64,000 nt of DNA from an uncultured Verrucomicrobiae bacterium. GTDB taxonomy: Bacteria; Verrucomicrobiota; Verrucomicrobiia; Verrucomicrobiales; Akkermansiaceae. The DNA lies in contig CAWKHB010000003.1 in the NCBI GenBank assembly GCA_963849375.1, positions 48,831 to 112,830 on the forward strand, written 5' to 3'. The position numbers and the translations under genes are program-made. The notes beneath the pieces were generated by a model. It was given only the letters and a program-made list of their open reading frames with translations. It searched no databases and had not been told where the DNA came from. Below, one piece after another: positions 59,802 to 64,000 of this stretch; positions within the stretch are counted from its first letter, which is position 1; every line of letters begins with the position of its first letter.

Positions 59802-61094
59802 CTATTTTTCATCGCACCGGCTGAGCAGAACTTCGCTGCCTAATATGACGAGGTCTACGCGGCCATTCAGTGTGCGGTTAAGGAAAGGGGTGTTTTGCGA
59901 TTTTGATTTCATGAATTCGGGGGAGAAAGTGGAGGTTGCGCGGGTATTAAAGAGGGTGAGATTGGCGGTTTCGCCTTCGGAAATGGTTGGGACTGGGAGG
60001 GACATGAGGCGCCGGGGCTCAGCGGAGTATTTTTGGATGAGTGTGCGCCATGAGAGTTTTTCAGTGGCGATGAAATGGTGGTATAGAGAGACGAGTGCGG
60101 TATCGAGGCCGGTGATGCCATTAGGGGCGGATACGAAGTCCTGGGATTTTTCAAAAGGCGTATGCGGTGCGTGATCGGTGGCTATGAGATCGAAGGTGCC
60201 GTCGAGAAGGCCTTCGAGTAGTGCGGCATTGTCTTCTGCCGTGCGGAGTGGCGGATTCATTTTAAAATGCGTATCGAACTCTCCGATGTGGGCATCTGTG
60301 AAGAGGAGGTGGTGGGGGCTTACCTCGGCGGTGACTTTTACGTCGCCACGGGATTTCCACCAACGAATGGTTTCCATGCCTAATTTCGAGGAGACATGTT
60401 GGATGTGGACATGGGCTCCGGTGGCATGGGCGAGGCGGATATCACGATCGATAATGATTTCCTCGGCGCAGGCAGGTGAGCCTTGGATGCCGAGTTTGTA
60501 TGAAATGGGGCCATCGTTGAGGGCTCTGGGGCCAGCTAATTCAGGGACTTCGCAATGGGAGGCGAAGAACATGCCGAACTCGGTGGCATACTGCATAGCG
60601 CGGTATAAGATGGAGGAATTTATGGTGGTATCGCCATCGTCGGTAAGCATTTTCACGCCCGCTTCTCGCATGCCCTCAATGCCGGCGAGTTCTTCGCCGA
60701 GACGGCCTTTGGTGACACAGCCGGAGGTGTAGATAGGGATGCGCGAGTTGGAATGACATGAATCGAGCACAGTTTTCACAGAAGCCCCGGAATCGATGGC
60801 TGGAGAGGTATTAGGCATCATGACGACACCCGTAATTCCTCCGTTGATGGCTGCTTCTGAGCCGGAGGCGATGTTTTCCTTCTGTTCTTGGCCTGGTTCG
60901 CGAAAATGGACGTGGGCATCAAAAAATCCCGGACAAAGGATTTCATTTTTGCAATCGATCTCTTTGGCTTCGGTGGTGTTTGGGATATTCGGCGCGAGTT
61001 TTTGAATGATGCCGTCTTTTATGAAAACATCAGAAAGTGTGAGTTTATCGGATGTTTCAGAAGCAATATGCGCATTTCTCAGAAGCAGATTCAT
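59802..61094 (-). CDS. pyrC: Dihydroorotase
   Basis: DAHVHFREPG, MPNT, KMNPPLR, ATDHAPH, SKSQNTPF. Confidence 0.92.
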   Translation of the reverse strand: MNLLLRNAHIASETSDKLTLSDVFIKDGIIQKLAPNIPNTTEAKEIDCKNEILCPGFFDAHVHFREPGQEQKENIASGSEAAINGGITGVVMMPNTSPAIDSGASVKTVLDSCHSNSRIPIYTSGCVTKGRLGEELAGIEGMREAGVKMLTDDGDTTINSSILYRAMQYATEFGMFFASHCEVPELAGPRALNDGPISYKLGIQGSPACAEEIIIDRDIRLAHATGAHVHIQHVSSKLGMETIRWWKSRGDVKVTAEVSPHHLLFTDAHIGEFDTHFKMNPPLRTAEDNAALLEGLLDGTFDLIATDHAPHTPFEKSQDFVSAPNGITGLDTALVSLYHHFIATEKLSWRTLIQKYSAEPRRLMSLPVPTISEGETANLTLFNTRATSTFSPEFMKSKSQNTPFLNRTLNGRVDLVILGSEVLLSRCDEK

Positions 61095-61218
61095 GAATGG
61101 GTTCTAGCGAGACGTTCAGGGAATACAAATAGCAATGCGGGTTGGGTGGCCGAGGGGTGATAATTTTGTGTGCGTAAGATTGCCAAGTTGATGAGCTTGG
61201 CTAGGCTCGGCTGCGAAG

Positions 61219-63009
61219 ATGCATCTGCCGCCCGAGATCCAAATGTATGTGACCTTTGCGGTTTTGGGGGGGATTTTTCTCGTTTTTATTAAGGAATGGC
61301 TGCCGAATGATCTGGTGGCGCTTGGCGGGCTGGCCTTGTTGCTGCTTCTGGGGATTTTGGACGAGAAGGACCTCGGGCGCATTTTTAGTAATTCTGCGCC
61401 AATGACTATCGGGGCAATGTTTGTGCTGGGTGCAGCGCTGACTCGGACGGGAGTTATTGACTGGGTTGCCTTAAAGTTCGAGAGCTGGGCCGGCAGCTCG
61501 CTGACTCGGGCGATTTTCATCTTGGCGCTCATAGTTGTGCCGCTTTCGGCCTTTATGAACAACACGCCGGTGGTCATTGTATTTTTGCCAGTTCTGATGG
61601 CGTTTGCCCGGAGCACGGGGCTGAAAGCGAGCAAACTACTGATTCCGCTTTCTTTTTTAAGTATTCTGGGTGGGACGATTACGTTGATCGGCACGTCAAC
61701 GAATCTTTTGGTTTCTGGTTTATCCAAACAACAAGGACAGCCTGCGTTTTCGATTTTTGAGATCAGTAAGTTGGGGGTGGTCTATGCGCTCATTGGGTTT
61801 CTCTATATTTATTTTATTGGGCGGCACCTTTTGCCTGAGCGCGATACGGTGAGTAGTCTTTTGGATGCGGAGGATACTCGGAAATTCTCGAGCGCGGTTG
61901 AAATTCCGGGTGAGTCTGAACTGATTGGGCAGCGTTTGATTGAGAATTCGATCTTTTCGAAGCGGAAGCGCACGATAGTTTATGAAGTGATTCGGAACGG
62001 CCGGCGCGTCGATGATATTCCGTTGGATGCGATTACGCTGCAGGCGAGAGATATTTTGTGGTTTCGGGCGACTTCACAGCAGCTTGTGGAGATTCAGGAA
62101 AATTCTGAGGTGAAAACGATCCATCGGAATTCGGAAGATGATGAGCAGGCCGCTGAAATTAAGACCGTGGAGGCGATCATAGGTCCGCAAAGTCCTTTGA
62201 TAGGGAGGAGTGTGAAGTCTTCAAACATCCGCAGGCGCTACGGGATCATGGTCGCTGCGGTGCATCGGAAAGGTGTGAATGTGCGGGAGGGTTACCAAGA
62301 TATGACTTTGGCCTTTGGCGATACTTTGCTTTTGGAAGGACCAGCTACAAGCATTGTAAGATTGAACCAAGAAGGGAGCTTTTTGAGTCTCAACGAGACG
62401 CTGATTGAGCCGAAGTTAAAATCGAAGATGGCCGTGGCGATAGGGATTTTGGCTGCAGTGGTGTTGGTGGCAGCGATTGGTGCGATGTCGATTACGAGTG
62501 CGGCTATCGTTGGGGCGGTGTTGGTGATTTTGACTGGATGTTTGAAAATGCGCAATGCCTACCAATCCATTGAGTGGGACGTGCTATTTTTGATTTACGG
62601 GATGTTAGGTGTGGGCCTTGCGATGCAGAAAACTGGGGGTGCGGAATGGATTGCGATGAATGTCGTGGGTGTGATGGATAGCTTTGGTCCCATAGTGATT
62701 CTGGCTGGATTTTATCTGCTAACTTTGGTGCTCACTGAGTTAGTGACAAATAACGCGGTAGCGATTTTAATGACACCGATAGCAATTTCTGTAGCACTTT
62801 CGCTTGATGTAAGCCCTAGACCGTTTTTGGTGGCAATCATGTTTGCGGCGAGCGCGAGCTTCATCACGCCTATTGGTTACCAAACAAATACCTATGTCTA
62901 CGGGGCTGGTGGGTATCGCTTTGCCGATTTTATCAAAGTAGGTCTTCCCTTGTCGCTCACTTTGTGGATTGCTGGAATTATCCTGATCCCGATCTTTTGG
63001 CCGTTTTGA
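61219..63009 (+). CDS. SLC13/CitMHS-family permease with TrkA-C domains
   Basis: SAFMNNT, GGTITLIGTSTN, TPIGYQTN; two RCK-C-like repeats. Confidence 0.9.
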   Translation: MHLPPEIQMYVTFAVLGGIFLVFIKEWLPNDLVALGGLALLLLLGILDEKDLGRIFSNSAPMTIGAMFVLGAALTRTGVIDWVALKFESWAGSSLTRAIFILALIVVPLSAFMNNTPVVIVFLPVLMAFARSTGLKASKLLIPLSFLSILGGTITLIGTSTNLLVSGLSKQQGQPAFSIFEISKLGVVYALIGFLYIYFIGRHLLPERDTVSSLLDAEDTRKFSSAVEIPGESELIGQRLIENSIFSKRKRTIVYEVIRNGRRVDDIPLDAITLQARDILWFRATSQQLVEIQENSEVKTIHRNSEDDEQAAEIKTVEAIIGPQSPLIGRSVKSSNIRRRYGIMVAAVHRKGVNVREGYQDMTLAFGDTLLLEGPATSIVRLNQEGSFLSLNETLIEPKLKSKMAVAIGILAAVVLVAAIGAMSITSAAIVGAVLVILTGCLKMRNAYQSIEWDVLFLIYGMLGVGLAMQKTGGAEWIAMNVVGVMDSFGPIVILAGFYLLTLVLTELVTNNAVAILMTPIAISVALSLDVSPRPFLVAIMFAASASFITPIGYQTNTYVYGAGGYRFADFIKVGLPLSLTLWIAGIILIPIFWPF

Positions 63010-63182
63010 CCTTCTAGAAGGAGAAAAGTGGTAGGGTGCTTGCAAGCTGCAGTTAAAGGTCTCGTCGGCTGTTGCAAAAAGCCGCTGTGTGGATGTCTCG
63101 CGCGGGCTAAAAGCCTTTAAAAGTCTTAGAAAAGCAACCCGGAACGTAACTTGCAAGTAAGAGTGCACAACTACAACACATT

Positions 63183-63455
63183 ATGTTCCCACTCGATCCA
63201 GTCCAGCCAGCAGCACAAAGCCCGAAATCCAGTATGGCACCACCCTATGTAAATGAAGACCCGAATATCGAGGCCGTGGAGCAGGGTTTGGAGATGGCGG
63301 AAGAGGATATTCGAGACGCAGTGGTAGATCAATATGAAGAAAAGGCGATTGCAGCTGGTGCGAGCGAGGAGGTGCTAAATGATATTTCCTACCCAAAGGA
63401 TAATGCGGTTGAGGGAGCACCTGAGATTAGCGCGATCCGCAAGGAAGAGGCGTAG
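63183..63455 (+). CDS. Small acidic hypothetical protein
   Basis: 90-aa ORF with host-like codons. Confidence 0.55.
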   Translation: MFPLDPVQPAAQSPKSSMAPPYVNEDPNIEAVEQGLEMAEEDIRDAVVDQYEEKAIAAGASEEVLNDISYPKDNAVEGAPEISAIRKEEA

Positions 63456-63723
63456 AAAGTGTTTGTTTTGTCGAAGCTCCCGTAATTGAAGCTTATTCTA
63501 TTCTCATCTGGGAAAAATTTCGTTCGGACAATTCGAACAAATTCGCAGTCCGCTTGGGTTGCGGATTTTTTTTGTGGGCTGTTAGGAGATTCTTCAGCAT
63601 TTGACTTGCCACGGTTCGGAGGAGGCTCCACAACAAGCGCCGCTTTGACGGGGAGCGACGGAAAATTTCGAGCGCCCGGTGGAGGCACTTGGAATTTCTC
63701 ACAAACAATAACTACTCTCCGAA

Positions 63724-64000
63724 ATGCATAGTATATCCTCTCGAATTGATAAGGTTTCACCTTCGCTTACGCTCGCTGTAACTGCACAAGCAAAGGCAAT
63801 GATGGCCAAAGGTGAAGAGGTATATGCTCTAGCTGGTGGTGAGCCCGAGGTAGATACGCCGCTTTTCATCAAAGAGGCCGCGGTAAATGCTTTGATGGAT
63901 GGCAGGACAAAATACACACCTGCGGCTGGTATACCGGAGTTGAGGACGGCTCTTTCTGAGAAATTTAAGAAGGATAACGATCTTGATTATGCGGCGAATC
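63724..64000 (+). CDS. PLP-dependent class I aminotransferase (AspC-like), partial
   Basis: MHSISSRIDKVSPSLTLAVTAQAKAM...GEPEVDTP...TKYTPAAGIPELR; runs off the window end. Confidence 0.85.
   Translation, partial: MHSISSRIDKVSPSLTLAVTAQAKAMMAKGEEVYALAGGEPEVDTPLFIKEAAVNALMDGRTKYTPAAGIPELRTALSEKFKKDNDLDYAAN

Noticed and set aside
2040-63168. Many antisense and alternate-frame ORFs in the track
   Set aside because: They overlap well-supported genes and have low-complexity Pro/Arg/Ser composition typical of shadow frames.
63480-63720. Riboswitch or small ORFs upstream of the aminotransferase
   Set aside because: No recognisable aptamer consensus; the ORFs lack protein-like features.

Overview
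This window is probably from a Verrucomicrobiota chromosome (Luteolibacter/Akkermansiaceae-like; inferred from PEP-CTERM proteins, gene content and protein style). Most of it is housekeeping: upp, 6S RNA, kdgK-like kinase, cyoE, SMUG1, a BacNav channel, rph, deoC, CLC-F, MATE, rpsN, hemW, panB, tRNA-Glu, class III FBPase, tRNA-Arg, tyrS, surA-like, an Lhr-type helicase, clpB, tpiA, pgk and pyrC. Several conserved genes carry single-base frameshifts that look like assembly errors. Two things stand out. (1) An ~11.4-kb island (25690-37040), bracketed by a 221-bp direct repeat, encodes what looks like a split Rhs system. The YD-repeat cage gene stops in the middle of the Rhs core. The rest of the core, including the DPxGL cleavage motif, plus a variable toxin is encoded by separate, repeated, signal-peptide-bearing genes. 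Each is followed by an immunity-like gene, and the array ends in two secreted alpha/beta-hydrolases and an O-antigen-ligase-like gene. (2) A cytoplasmic GH1 glycosidase carries a circularly permuted amino-acid-binding (SBP_bac_3-like) domain inserted between its two catalytic glutamates. Also seen: a REP/REPIN-like palindromic array next to 6S RNA, and a lone integron-like cassette whose attC appears interrupted by a MITE-like element. All family assignments are from motif recognition by eye; no searches were run.
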